This document shows positions 41,144 to 41,165 of a stretch of DNA of 41,165 nucleotides, one piece after another. Position numbers and translations under genes: made by a program. The stretch is from NCBI GenBank assembly GCA_028876035.1, contig JAGWTK010000001.1:1-41165 (forward strand), read 5' to 3'. The notes below the pieces were generated by a model. That model was not told where the DNA came from. It was given only the letters and a program-made list of their open reading frames with translations, and made no database searches. The DNA is from Bacteroidota bacterium. GTDB taxonomy: Bacteria > Bacteroidota > Bacteroidia > Chitinophagales > Chitinophagaceae. Every line of letters starts with the position of its first letter. Position 1 is the stretch's first letter.

Positions 41144-41165
41144 TCAGCTAACAGCTAAAACCTAT
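41144..41165. repeat. start of another heptad-type array at the window edge
   Basis: tcagcta|acagcta|aaaccta|t, the same AGCTA-type units as at 3199-3219 and 10600-10606. It is truncated by the window end. Confidence 0.5.

Overview
This 41.2-kb window looks like chromosomal DNA from a Bacteroidota soil bacterium, possibly Chitinophagaceae-like. That is inferred from a T9SS type-B sorting-domain adhesin, many TAT-signal periplasmic sugar oxidoreductases and the gene families present. About 35 protein genes are supportable; I saw no rRNA, tRNA or CRISPR.

Main content (822-30971): a carbohydrate-oxidation island.
- One minus-strand operon encodes an MFS permease, a TAT-exported TIM-barrel enzyme, five tandem paralogs of a signal-less FAD/GMC dehydrogenase catalytic subunit, and a single TAT-lipoprotein small subunit (gluconate 2-dehydrogenase subunit-3 family). 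It ends in a clean intrinsic terminator.
- The island also holds three Gfo/Idh/MocA oxidoreductases (two TAT-type), three more xylose-isomerase-like TIM barrels, three DUF1080 (3-keto-disaccharide hydrolase family) proteins, a ThuA-like protein and one mono-heme cytochrome c lipoprotein.
- It also carries a Nudix/NrtR-type regulator.
- Together these read as a multi-module periplasmic 3-keto-glycoside (oxidize, then eliminate or hydrolyze) system.

Right third of the window:
- a hexapeptide acetyltransferase and an ArsC/Spx-family protein
- a frameshifted T9SS adhesin
- an orphan MbnH/MbnP-like pair (di-heme peroxidase plus MbnP family)
- a GH9-CE4 fusion enzyme
- an rve-type IS element directly upstream of the GH9-CE4 gene

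Most unusual non-coding signal: many intergenic spacers are built almost entirely of degenerate 7-nt units (locally 8-nt) held in one phase for up to 161 nt. They often run from one gene's stop codon to the next gene's start codon. Related elements include a 53-bp inverted repeat (47/53) that brackets a 3.7-kb segment. These arrays also create false N-terminal ORF extensions, which I trimmed.
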